In this document: positions 12,108 to 23,490 of the stretch, piece after piece
Position numbering within the stretch: position 1 is the stretch's first letter
Layout: the number at the start of each line of letters is the position of its first letter
Assembly: GCF_001194135.2 (NCBI RefSeq)
Contig: NC_068981.1
Coordinates: forward strand, 169,780,113 to 169,818,010
From: Octopus bimaculoides
Lineage: Eukaryota
Direction of reading: 5' to 3'
Length of the DNA: 37,898 bases
The notes under the pieces: model-generated
What the model was told of the DNA's origin: nothing
The model's input: the letters and a program-made list of their open reading frames with translations, nothing else
Databases searched by the model: none
Made by a program: the position numbers and the translations under genes

Positions 12108-12549
12108 AATATTTCGTATTTAGGAGCGCTTCCTCAAAACATCTATGGCGTAAAGTGGTTTGAAGCCCAATTCCTAGTTCAGAACAGAGAAGTCAGCTAT
12201 CAACACCTTCATGAATATGAGACAATACTTTATAAAACTCTGCTTCTCTATCACACACACACACACACATACACGCACATACACATACATACGCAAACAC
12301 GCATATTTACTAGTACATATCTAATTTCTAATTTGTGTCTTATTCTGATATATGTTAGCCATTTTATATTATATTATTAGATCATTTCGAATTGCTTTAA
12401 GAAAACAACGTCAATATTAGGACAACTGAAGATAGAATTCGGCAGTTTGTCTCCGTTATATAATCGATTCAATCGTCTCTTAGCTCATTGTACGTAAATA
12501 CATTCGTACTACACACGCGAGTATACGGTTATGATTTTTATGCATACAG

Positions 12550-12616
12550 AGACACATACAAATATAAAAGTACATTTATTAGACACATACAAATATAAAA
12601 GTACGATTTTATTAGA
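12550..12616 (+). repeat. 31-bp tandem duplication
   Basis: AGACACATACAAATATAAAAGTAC(A/GA)TTT(T)ATT twice, at 12550 and 12581. Confidence 0.95.
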
Positions 12617-12839
12617 ATATGGCTAACAAGTCTACGTGGAAGGATTTTAAGTACAATGCTAAATAAACTGTAATAAAATATAATTATACAAAAGATTGTT
12701 ATAATTTGAAGGCAGATATGGCTGATAACCCAGTAGTATTTATATTACTATTAAATTTTTAATCTGCAAGTAATCTATATCGTAATATACAACTCTTTTG
12801 GCTTGTGAGTAGTGTAGGAATGAGTAGTCGGAATGTTGT

Positions 12840-13161
12840 GTTCAAATAGTATAGAATGGTTTAGTTGGAAAAGGGAATTCAAAAAGTGAAGCATGACAAG
12901 ATATTTCAAGAAAGGATTAATATTCTTTCAACTACAAGCAAAAAACCTGAAATTTTAGGTGGGGCGTTCCCAGTGCTCAACTGGTACTTATTTTATTATA
13001 GTTCAAATGGTATAGAATGGTTTAGTTGGAAAAAGGAATTAAAGAAGTGAAGCATGACAAGGTATTTCAATAAAGTATTAATATCCATTCAACTACAGGC
13101 AAAAGACCTGAAATTTTAGGTAGGGTGGTCCCGGTGCTCAACTGGTACTTATTTTATTATA
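12840..13161 (+). repeat. Head-to-tail 161-bp tandem duplication; each unit ends in an antisense SINE 3' half
   Basis: Units 12840-13000 and 13001-13161 differ at 15 positions by my count (about 91% identical, no indels). CCCAGTGCTCAACTGGTACTTATTTTAT is the reverse complement of the SINE body ATAAA(A/T)TAAGTACCAGTTG.G.ACTGGG seen at 12025-12052. Confidence 0.95.
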
Positions 13162-13370
13162 GCCTACAATGATAAGAGGCAAATCATACAGCTGGCAGAA
13201 ATGCCGCTATGCACTTTCGTACAACATAAGCAACGATTTTGCCAGCTCGTCGCCTTCCGATTTAGGACTAATATGAATGCAAATAACATTACAATAAAGA
13301 AAACATACGGCATGTGACAGAAAATCTGTTCTAAAATTCAGATTAATGATGAAAAAATTACTCCGTTGAA

Positions 13371-13412
<42 letters not shown>

Positions 13413-16044
13413 NNNNNNNNNNNNNNNNNTATATATATATATATATATATATGTCTGTCTGTCTGTCTATCTATCTATCGATCGATCTATCTATCTGTAG
13501 TGTGGCTATATATACACATATACATATAAACACGGAGCCAGCTAATGTGCCGAAGAGATTATCAGTAACTTGGTTTCACAGGAGTAGAGTTTTGCTTAAT
13601 GAATTCAATTGAAAATGCGGTTAATGCGTATTTTTTCCTTCAAGATCTCCAGTCATGGCTTCCTGATAAGCATGCAATATGCGACCTTGGAATTAAAAAC
13701 TACTTGAAGTTGTCGAAAAATCAAAGGAAAACCTAGAGAAAAAGCTCTGTACTCCAGATTTCAAAACTCCAGATCCAAACGCCGTTGGATTTGGATTTTA
13801 TTGTGAATGTCAGAGACCGCAAGTTCTTCTCCATCAATGGCAGAAATAAATGATGCTGTTTAAAAGGAGACAGCAAGTACACATATATAATAATAACGGT
13901 AGCAAAATATTTACTTAGAAGTACATTTACTTTCTCCTTTCCGAATGTTACAATAAAAAGACCAGTATATAACAAGAAGTTATTAACAACAAATATTTTG
14001 ATAAAGTAATTGACCAATCTATAGAACAATTTAATCGTATCTAATACAATGCTTACCAAACATTCAAAAATAAAAATCACATGGTAAGTGCATTGTATGA
14101 ATTAAAATTATAATAATTTAGCAACATAATTAAGGCAGTGGCCTATGATTTCCTCATGCAAATGCAGCGAAAAAAATTGCGATATATTGCACAACTGACA
14201 AAATATGTTAGGAAGGCATAAGTGTACAAAATATTCATCTATATCAGATCTCTAAAACATACAAAATTACTGTCGAAAGTAATTTTCATATCAAAAGTGC
14301 AATGCTAGAATTAACCCTCAATTAACATAAGCTAATTACAAACAAGACTAAAAATATGAATTGCGGCGAATGTAAAAAGTTCGAATTATACCAGGAATGA
14401 TTTAGCAATTGGCTGTGGTATCTATTTACATATCGCAGTAGAGTGCCTCTGAAATTTGTCTATAGAAAAGCCTTATCACAAAATGTAAACACTATTACTT
14501 TTATGACCGGTTCGCTTTTAGAAAATAAGTTTTTCGATTTCCAGCTGTTGTTTCTCTCTCTACAAGCAAACCCATTATTTACACCTAACATAGTGTATTA
14601 GAATTAGTAATACTGTAAATAACTTCTACAGATACTTACATAGGACATGCAAAATGAATTTCTTGTATGCTAAATAGAATGCAGTGTAAAGGCCAATGGT
14701 ACTGTGATTGTTGACAATTAATTTAGAAGAGAAAGTAAATCAAAATAACTGCTAAGGTCAGATGAGAAATAAACAATAAAACAAATGTACACTTTGCAGA
14801 GAGCACAATCTTTTTCAAGCAATATATATCATAGCATTTCACAATAACTTAGATAATGATATCCATAGGGCAAAATGTAAGCTCCTAAGAAAGCCAGAAG
14901 CCATATGTTAACACGAAATTTTGTTATATACTTTTCATTTCAGATACTTCAGTTACGAATTCTGCTTGATTATTGTTTTGTGAAATGCTATACCATGACC
15001 TTGCTGGTTTATATGTAACCAATATTGAACACACACAGAGACGCGAGCATGGATGGACACGCAATTCCAAGTAGAAGTCTTACCACACATTCACTTATAA
15101 ATAAAATGAAAAGCAAATAAATAAATGAAGAGCTAATTCAATAACAGGTAACAATTTATGTATCAGCCATGTTTAATTGAAAATTTTGAAAGTTGTAGCT
15201 CACGGAGAATAAGAAATATTGGAAATGTCAAGGAAACACATGCAAGATATTGTGCTTTTGTTTCTTCATCAGGAAAACTAGACCACAGAAAGCACGATCT
15301 CTTTAAGTTTATGAACGTGGAATTGAAATCCTGCATTATTTAAGTAACAATTGACAGAACGACAAGTGTGTGGTGTGTTTGTGGGAAAGGCGCTGGTAGT
15401 GAGTCGATACTGAAAAATCGGAGAAGGTTGACAAGCATGTGAAAGTGAAGAACAAAGCAGGGTCTTAAAAAATATTAGAATGAAACGGACATGTGTAAAT
15501 GAGAGTAGTAGGGTCGGTATCTGTAGTACACGTGCGTATATCTCAACTGAGTGTAACAGAGACACACTGATGAAGAGCTTAGAAGAGAGTAACGTTTATT
15601 GTAAAGAAAAAAAGGGAAACGCGAATAAATAAAACTAAACTGTATCACGCACACACACATCAGAGACACACAAACACTCGCGCAAATACTCACGCTTAAA
15701 AGAAAAATTCTTGATTCGTATTTTCGAGTCTCCTGTTCTTTGGAATATATTAAAGAGATATGTAGTTGCAACTGCGATGTTTATATTATTTTCTGTGCAA
15801 TAAAGCATATATGGTATGATAAAAGTAAATGACTTTTAAAAAAACCTTGCTCACAAGTGATAACATTTTCTTTCTTTTTGTGCCCGTGGTGTTATTTCTC
15901 GAGCATCAAAAGAACCCTTAAAAACACAAGTTAAATCAAGCGAAAAAGGGAATAATTAATTCTTAACACCTTGTCACAATTACAGTGTTACACACATACA
16001 TGCAGACAGACACACACACACGTTTATACATATATACATATATA

Positions 16045-16747
16045 AAGTGCGATGGATAATTTGTCTCCATTTTATATTTTTAGTTTCCAGCATGTGCATT
16101 GCATGTTTTTGATTTCGTCGACTGCACCGTACAGCAGAGTCAGTTCGTCACCGTCTGTGAGAAAAACGGCACCACGACGCGATTCCAACTGCCAGAAATT
16201 TGGAAACGTTATGCTGTGCTGCTTGGCATTCGCGCCGGAAGCTCCAATATGAACAGATGGTGTCCCCAAAACATGTACCGAGAGTGTTGAAAATCAAATA
16301 TCCAGTCAATATCATGGTGTAGGAGTGATCAGTAATGATGACGACGTTATGCCTGCATTCATCTGCCCATACGACCACATACTCAACACGGGGACCTCCA
16401 TCAAATGCCTGGAGAAGGTAGTGCTGTCCTGGGTCAAAAGGGTGGTTTCTGGAAGACCCTATGTCTTGCAACAGGACTCTGTACCATGCCACACAAGCCG
16501 GAGAGCCCAGACATGGCTGTCAGACAATTTCTGCGACCACATCACTCCTAACATCTGGCCACATAACCCACCAGACTGCAACCCCCTTGATTATTATGTG
16601 TAGGGCGCAGTTGGGCGAGAGACCAACAAAGTTCCTTGTAACGTCAAAGATGAACTGAAAGCAAGGATTATGGCGACATTCATTAACTTAAACAAGGAGA
16701 CCGTCCAGAAGAGTCGCAGGAGATTTCGAAGACGTCTGGAGGCCGTG
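16045..16747 (+). mobile_element. Internally deleted, inactive maT/DD37D-family (Tc1/mariner) transposon; 3' end runs into the gap
   Basis: N-terminus TRFQLPEIWKRYAVLLGIRAGSSN (start codon decayed to ACG at 16174) fused to NRW..SPKHVPRVLKIKYPVNIMV and then QQDSVPCHTSRRAQTWLSDNFCDHITPNIWPHNPPDCNPLDYYV*. Exactly 37 residues separate the last two catalytic D residues. TGG>TAG at 16601 plus frameshifts. Putative left end TA|AAGTGCGATGGATAA. Confidence 0.9.
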
Positions 16748-17388
16748 NNNNNNNNNNNNNNNNNNNNNNNNNNNNNNNNNNNNNNNNNNNNNNNNNNNNN
16801 NNNNNNNNNNNNNNNNNNNNNNNNNNNNNNNNNNNNNNNNNNNNNNNNNNNNNNNNNNNNNNNNNNNNNNNNNNNNNNNNNNNNNNNNNNNNNNNNNNNN
16901 NNNNNNNNNNNNNNNNNNNNNNNNNNNNNNNNNNNNNNNNNNNNNNNNNNNNNNNNNNNNNNNNNNNNNNNNNNNNNNNNNNNNNNNNNNNNNNNNNNNN
17001 NNNNNNNNNNNNNNNNNNNNNNNNNNNNNNNNNNNNNNNNNNNNNNNNNNNNNNNNNNNNNNNNNNNNNNNNNNNNNNNNNNNNNNNNNNNNNNNNNNNN
17101 NNNNNNNNNNNNNNNNNNNNNNNNNNNNNNNNNNNNNNNNNNNNNNNNNNNNNNNNNNNNNNNNNNNNNNNNNTATATATATTAATAATTTAGGGAAGAA
17201 CCACCATGGTGCAACTCACACGAAGAAGGAGATCAGACGCGATCAAGAAAAGCTTACTATACAAAATACTTGTTTAAAAAGCTAAGAAATCCACCTTAAT
17301 ATTGTTGATTAATTTTATAATCAATTCCTTTCTATAGGGTATCTGATTATATTGTGAGTTTTCTTTTGTAAATCAAGTTTTTCAACCC

Positions 17389-18140
17389 ATGGATAGATCA
17401 AAACTACGTGTTGTTTATGAATATGAGTTCTGTCGTGAAGGCAATACATCTCAGACAGCTCGAAACGTCAATGAGGTGCTTGGTAAAGATATGCTGAATG
17501 AGCGCACTGTACGTCGATGGTTTGAGAAGTTCCGGTCTGATGATTTTCCTCTTAAAAATCAGCTCCGTGTTAGACCAGAAACCAAGGTGGATAATCATGA
17601 GCTGGGAACTGTAGTGGAAGCGGATACATCTCAGACTACTCGTGCGTTAGCAGAAAGGCTTGATATTTCGATTCCAACTGTATTATACCATCTGAAACAA
17701 ATCGGCAAGGTAAAGATGCTGGACAAGTGGATACTACACGAAATGAACGAATATCAAATGACACGTTGTCTTGTAACTTGCTGTTGTTTGCTGTCACAGC
17801 AAATGCTCAACCACATGTTGTACTAAGAATGCTACTCAGTTTACAGGAACTGAACTTGGAAGTAGTCTGTCATCCACCATATTCACCAGACCTTGTACCA
17901 GATGACTATCACGTTTTCCAGGCATTAGACAACTTTTTGCAAGGAAAAAGCTTCAAATCTGAAGAAGATGCAAAAACAGCCTTTCATGATTTCATCACCT
18001 CTTGCTCTCCAGAATTCTTCGCTGCCGGCAAAATTATGTTGATAATTTAGTTGCATACTTTGATTAACTGCATTGATTTCTGTTGAGATAAATTAAACTT
18101 TCAGTTCAAAATCGGACATTTCATTCTTAATGACCTGATA
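17389..18140 (+). mobile_element. Internally deleted mariner (DD34D) transposon
   Basis: HTH domain MDRSKLRVVYEYEF...NERTVRRWFEKFRS...GKVKMLDKWILHEM, then an out-of-frame jump at about 17797 to (D>A)NAQPH...HPPYSPDLVPDDY with 34-residue spacing. The TCDEKW/first-D region is absent. Right TIR-like end AAAATCGGACATTTCATTCTTAATGACCTGA|TA (about 18108-18140). No matching left TIR found after the gap. Confidence 0.92.
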
Positions 18141-18844
18141 GCACCCACACAGAAATAATACTGATTCGTTTTTAAGGAGACACTAAACCGGTTTTTGAGG
18201 GTTGAAGCATGCTTCATATCAACTGAAAGAAATTCGGATAGTTTTGTTCGTTATAAATATATTACACTTTCAATTCTGATCACATATCTGGGACAATGCT
18301 ACTGATACTGATAGAATCATAACTCACACAAAAAATAACGGCCATCTTATATTTTGGAAAGCTTTCAATTCTCAACAAACTGCAGTAAAATCGCCTCTAC
18401 ATGCGCCAGTCGAATTCTAGTTACTGTTGCTGCATTTACGTATTGTATGTGTATATATACATAGATAATAATTTTTTTCTCTTCTATTTCTAATTATTTG
18501 AAATTTTCCTATAACGAAGGAGATTGTTTCTTTCAAAAGTACAAAACTCCATTCAGGGAATGTAGATAACAAAATTAATGTCACATTTTGCATTTGCATA
18601 ATTTGAATGTTGCGCTTACAGGCCGTATTGTTATGTGCATATTAGCTTGTTGAATTATTCTCCTGAAACCACTGCTTTTTTCCAAATTGTACTCTAGTCA
18701 TTTGCAAGTCTATGTGCACCGGTTATTAACATGAATGTGAATTTATAAACTGGGTACAAAACATAAAGTTTTCAAAGCAAATTTCCATAGTCACTCTATC
18801 TGATTTTTGAAGAGACTTGTTTATGTGTGTGTGTGTGGGCGTGT

Positions 18845-18885
<41 letters not shown>

Positions 18886-19936
18886 CATATGTGTGTATCA
18901 CCTGAAAAATTTAACACCCTGCGACATCAGTATACTTGACAGCAATTAAAACAGGACTTCCATAGAAAGGAGCTTAATTATTTCTTGGAACCGATAAAAT
19001 ACACAGCGTCTGTTCTAATTTTCGTGACACATAACAACCACCTGAATACTGTTGTGGATCCAGAGGAAACTTTGAAACCGGAATCTAGAGAGATAGAATA
19101 GCAATACATCAACTACAACTCTATACTTTAAACTGGTGAGTCCTTATTTACATTATTAATCTCCAAGCGATTATGGCACATAAAAACACATTTTAGATAT
19201 TTTACATCAAAACAAACATTAAAGAGTGTAAGGGAAAATAAAAGTTAATGAATTTCTTGTCGGGATATTGTGAGTGTACTACAAGATACATGACTTAAAA
19301 TATTTAGATTAGTGATGTAACTTTAAAACTCGGTGACATTTGATGGATGTGCAAAAATAATCCCATTAACGATGGCATAATTAGTCTGTTCATGTGAACA
19401 AAATAGACTACACGATAATCTGTGTAATCAAGAGTCAAAAATTATAAATCTTAAATGTCTACAATTATATATATATATATATATATATATATNNNNNNNN
19501 NNNNNNNNNNNNNNNNNNNNNNNNNNNNNNNNNNNNNNNNNNNNNNNNNNNNNNNNNNNNNNNNNNNNNNNNNNNNNNNNNNNNNNNNNNNNNNNNNNNN
19601 NNNNNNNNNNNNNNNNNNNNNNNNNNNNNNNNNNNNNNNNNNNNNNNNNNNNNNNNNNNNNNNNNNNNNNNNNNNNNNNNNNNNNNNNNNNNNNNNNNNN
19701 NNNNNNNNNNNNNNNNNNNNNNNNNNNNNNNNNNNNNNNNNNNNNNNNNNNNNNNNNNNNNNNNNNNNNNNNNNNNNNNNNNNNNNNNNNNNNNNNNNNN
19801 NNNNNNNNNNNNNNNNNNNNNNNNNNNNNNNNNNNNNNNNNNNNNNNNGTATGTATGTATGTATTTGAAGGATTAAATTTATTCAATAATATTTTCGCAA
19901 GTATTTCCTCCTAAATTATATGCTCCGTACTGAAAT

Positions 19937-19988
<52 letters not shown>

Positions 19989-20499
19989 TTTTTACTATTC
20001 CCAGGTATAGATGCACTTTTATATCTTGCGTATTCCTACAAAGATATTTTTTTTCTGTGATTTTTATAGTTTTAAACTGTTTTATATATTTATAGGTTGA
20101 GAACATCGTGTGAATCTACACGGAAGAAGAGCAATATTCCAAATGTTTACATCGTTGGCGTATTTTTCTTTCCTTTCTGATCATTTTGGGTATCATTACT
20201 AGAGCTGTCGCAGAAAAAAGCATGTTAAATTACAACAGTATTTACTCTTAAAGTTTCTTGATATGAGACAAACGAGAGAGCATCTGTCCAGTTGATCAAT
20301 ATACTGCTAGAGATATCAGGTAAAACTCTGTCTAACTAATGAAACTTAGCATTATAAATAAGAAAAAAAATCAACGAGCGGCTCTGTATGTCATAACATG
20401 ATTTATCCGAAATAGCCCCACCGATTACCTCTTAGTAACTGGGAATATATAACATCTTGCATAGATTGTGTTTTTTTTTATTCGCATTGACTCGGTGGT

Positions 20500-20540
20500 A
20501 CACAACAAAAACAGCAACAATAACAAGAACAGCAACAGTA

Positions 20541-20624
<84 letters not shown>

Positions 20625-20705
20625 GCTACTACCACTACTAATACTAATGATAATAATAATAATAATAATAATAATTATAATATTAATAATAATAATAATA
20701 ATAAT
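20500..20705. repeat. Compound triplet repeat (ACA/GCA)-(ACT)n-(AAT)n
   Basis: Direct reading; explains the poly-T/N/V/S pseudo-ORFs. Confidence 0.97.
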
Positions 20706-20892
20706 TAAAACAAACACATAATTTTCGTATGGTTTCTTAAACATTCTCTAGAACAATACTATGTACAAACTCAAATGTATGGTACCCTAGGCATAACACC
20801 CTACATGAACTTCTAACTTGTTGTCTCTTGAGGTCTCTGGGTGAGACTTGGATCCAACTTGTACAAATGCAAAACAAAAGTCAAACATGAAA
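20705..20892 (+). mobile_element. 5'-truncated non-LTR retrotransposon 3' UTR embedded in (TAA)n, probably R4/Dong clade
   Basis: About 190 bp of complex sequence (...GTTGTCTCTTGAGGTCTCTGGGTGAGACTTGG...AAAAGTCAAACATGAAATAATAAT) with (AAT)n on both sides. Matches my recollection of an octopus LINE 3' end. Dong/R4-clade elements are known to target TAA repeats. Confidence 0.65.
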
Positions 20893-20967
20893 TAATAATA
20901 ATAATAGTAATAGTGATGATGATGAGGATAATGATGGTGATGATGATGATAATAATAACAATAATAA

Positions 20968-21010
<43 letters not shown>

Positions 21011-21021
21011 AATGATAATAA
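20892..21021. repeat. Degenerate (AAT)n/(GAT)n tract
   Basis: Direct reading. Confidence 0.97.
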
Positions 21022-21042
21022 TTTTAATCAATAAATTTTCAG

Positions 21043-21149
21043 ATAGTGTAAACCAAAAAACTATCGTTTTGTCGTTAGTTGTACGTAATACTAATGAAGT
21101 ATACAGTTGTAACTTTACATCGATCGCAGTAAACCAGATTAGATATGGT
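21043..21149 (+). CDS. Candidate exon (107 nt): (D)SVNQKTIVLSLVVRNTNEVYSCNFTSIAVNQIRYG
   Basis: Acceptor AAATTTTCAG, consensus donor GGT|GTAAGT, open frame. Beta-strand-like peptide with YSC and an N-F-T sequon; no family recognised. Confidence 0.35.
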
Positions 21150-22411
21150 GTAAGTCTTAAACATTGAACTTAGTGAAGCAAGACGAGGATTTAGACTTTC
21201 AATACACCAGATAACTGGGAATTCATGGTAATAAAATAGTACAGTATTGCAGGACATATTGAGACATTGCAAGTCTATCGTGTTTAAGCACCGCTTTTCG
21301 GTGACATCCCTGGACTTGACTATTATTGGGCAAATGGCGCTTCGCAACTCGCACCGTTTGATATTAGACTTAATTCACAAATATTTTTAGTCTTTCACAC
21401 TTTACTAATTAATTTACTAGTGAGAATTTAAATAACTGTATATATATTTCAAATAATTTTTCGCTGCTTTGAAACCATTAAATTGTTTATGTCCTATTCA
21501 ATAAACCTCGTAGCGCTCAAATATATGATAATTTATTACGGTAGTGCTGTTTGACAAATATTTAAGGAAGAACAGTTCATAGCATTATATGTGACTGCTA
21601 CAAATGCCATTTTGTTTTGTTATTATACAAGAAGGAAATATTGATGAAATAATATCCACACAAAGTTACGATAACTTCATCATTAATAAAGCTTGCTCTA
21701 CAAAATAGTGTGCCCTTGAAATTGAATGTATTTTTTAATTAAATATATAATATCATTCAACTCAGTCACTAGTATGCATAGATATTGTCTGANNNNNNNN
21801 NNNNNNNNNNNNNNNNNNNNNNNNNNNNNNNNNNNNNNNNNNNNNNNNNNNNNNNNNNNNNNNNNNNNNNNNNNNNNNNNNNNNNNNNNNNNNNNNNNNN
21901 NNNNNNNNNNNNNNNNNNNNNNNNNNNNNNNNNNNNNNNNNNNNNNNNNNNNNNNNNNNNNNNNNNNNTATGTGATATATGTATATATATATATACATGC
22001 ATATATACACACATACATATATACATGCATATATACATGCGTGTATGCCTGTATGTATGCATACACATACTTAAATGGAGTGTGTTGGACAACAGGCGAT
22101 ATAACAGATACATACAATCATTTATATATCTAATTTTATTTAATCCAATGTTATAGGAAACAACGTTGTCTCCATTATGGTACCAGGAAAGAGTTAAATT
22201 GTATTCTGTAAAATATCCGTCATGAATACTTCAAAATGATATTAACATATATAGAAATACTGGCAAACATATCTTTGTGAATAAATATATATTCATAGAA
22301 GCAGATATAAATACATGGATAGATATGATTGTGCAGTTCAGTCCACAAAACACATATGCATTTTTACTTAATACACAGAAAAGCACAAAACACACCCACA
22401 CACGCTTGCAT

Positions 22412-22412
<1 letters not shown>

Positions 22413-22494
<82 letters not shown>
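22413..22494. repeat. (CA)n microsatellite
   Basis: Direct reading. Confidence 0.98.
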
Positions 22495-22497
<3 letters not shown>

Positions 22498-23450
22498 GTT
22501 TAAAGACAAAATATTTCAGCTTCTTCACTGCAGTTTGCTAATATAGTTGCTTTGCAACAAATGTTTTCATATACATCTGTTTTTCTGTGTGCTTGTGTAC
22601 GTGTGTATGTATGATTTATTGGCAGTTTAAGGACAGGATGAATATCTACAAAAATACGATATACTTTTGAAAGTCAAATGGAACGGAAAGATTCGATGGA
22701 ATATGCCGGAGAGGGGAATGGACTAAGCTATCAAAAGATTCACTGTCGGGAGGATTCTATAATCATTCACTCGAAGATCGCTGTTTTCTACTTGCCTGGT
22801 TGTATAGAAAAACGTTCATGTTTTTCAGAAGTATTTTTTTATGTAGTCATAAATTCGTTATATTTCTTCTCGTACATGACATATATATTTCACCTTCTGT
22901 TATGTGGTCCTAAGAGTCAATACAATAGATTACAAGAATTGCAAATATTTCCAGTCGAATCTATGTTAGGAACGAAATATCCCTAAATTATAACAAATTG
23001 TATGACAGGTGGTTTGATACTGGTCCAATATATGATTTCAGAAATACATTTTACTAAATGTTCGTTTCGTTTTATTTATTTATTATGTATATTTGAAGAT
23101 AGTTATTTCTTTCAGAATTTATACAATTCTTATTTTCCAAAATATGTGAAATATATGGGATTTTTAAAAGAAAATAATAAGATATTTGTTGAATACTTCT
23201 CTCGCTATCTCTCCCCCGTCCGCCCGCTTAACATACGTATACAAACACACGAACAAACAAGCACACAGACACACATAGAGACACACGCACATACACACAC
23301 ATACATACATTTGTGTGTATGCGTGTGCTTTCTTATGTACAGTCAATCATAAAAAAACATGTTAATCGAAACAGTACGCGATATATGTAAGTAGAGTTTC
23401 TACAAAAATATACTTGTATATGTTTGCCCATATGTGTATGTATTCTTATA

Positions 23451-23490
<40 letters not shown>

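Noticed and set aside
12550-13161. CRISPR-like repeat array
   Set aside because: Units are adjacent tandem duplicates with no unique spacers, in a eukaryotic context with no cas genes.
15567-15600. Hammerhead ribozyme core CTGATGA (also CTGAGGA at about 30949 and antisense at about 29526)
   Set aside because: No stem II followed by GAAA in the required order, and no stems I/III.
17333-17365. TATAGGGTATCTGATTATATTGTGAG as the left TIR of the 17.4 kb mariner
   Set aside because: Does not match the reverse complement of the right end (TATCAGGTCATTAAGAATGAAATGTCCG); more likely 5' UTR sequence.
22678-22986. 102-aa ORF MERKDSMEYAGEG...
   Set aside because: No recognisable motif or splice signals; length attainable by chance.
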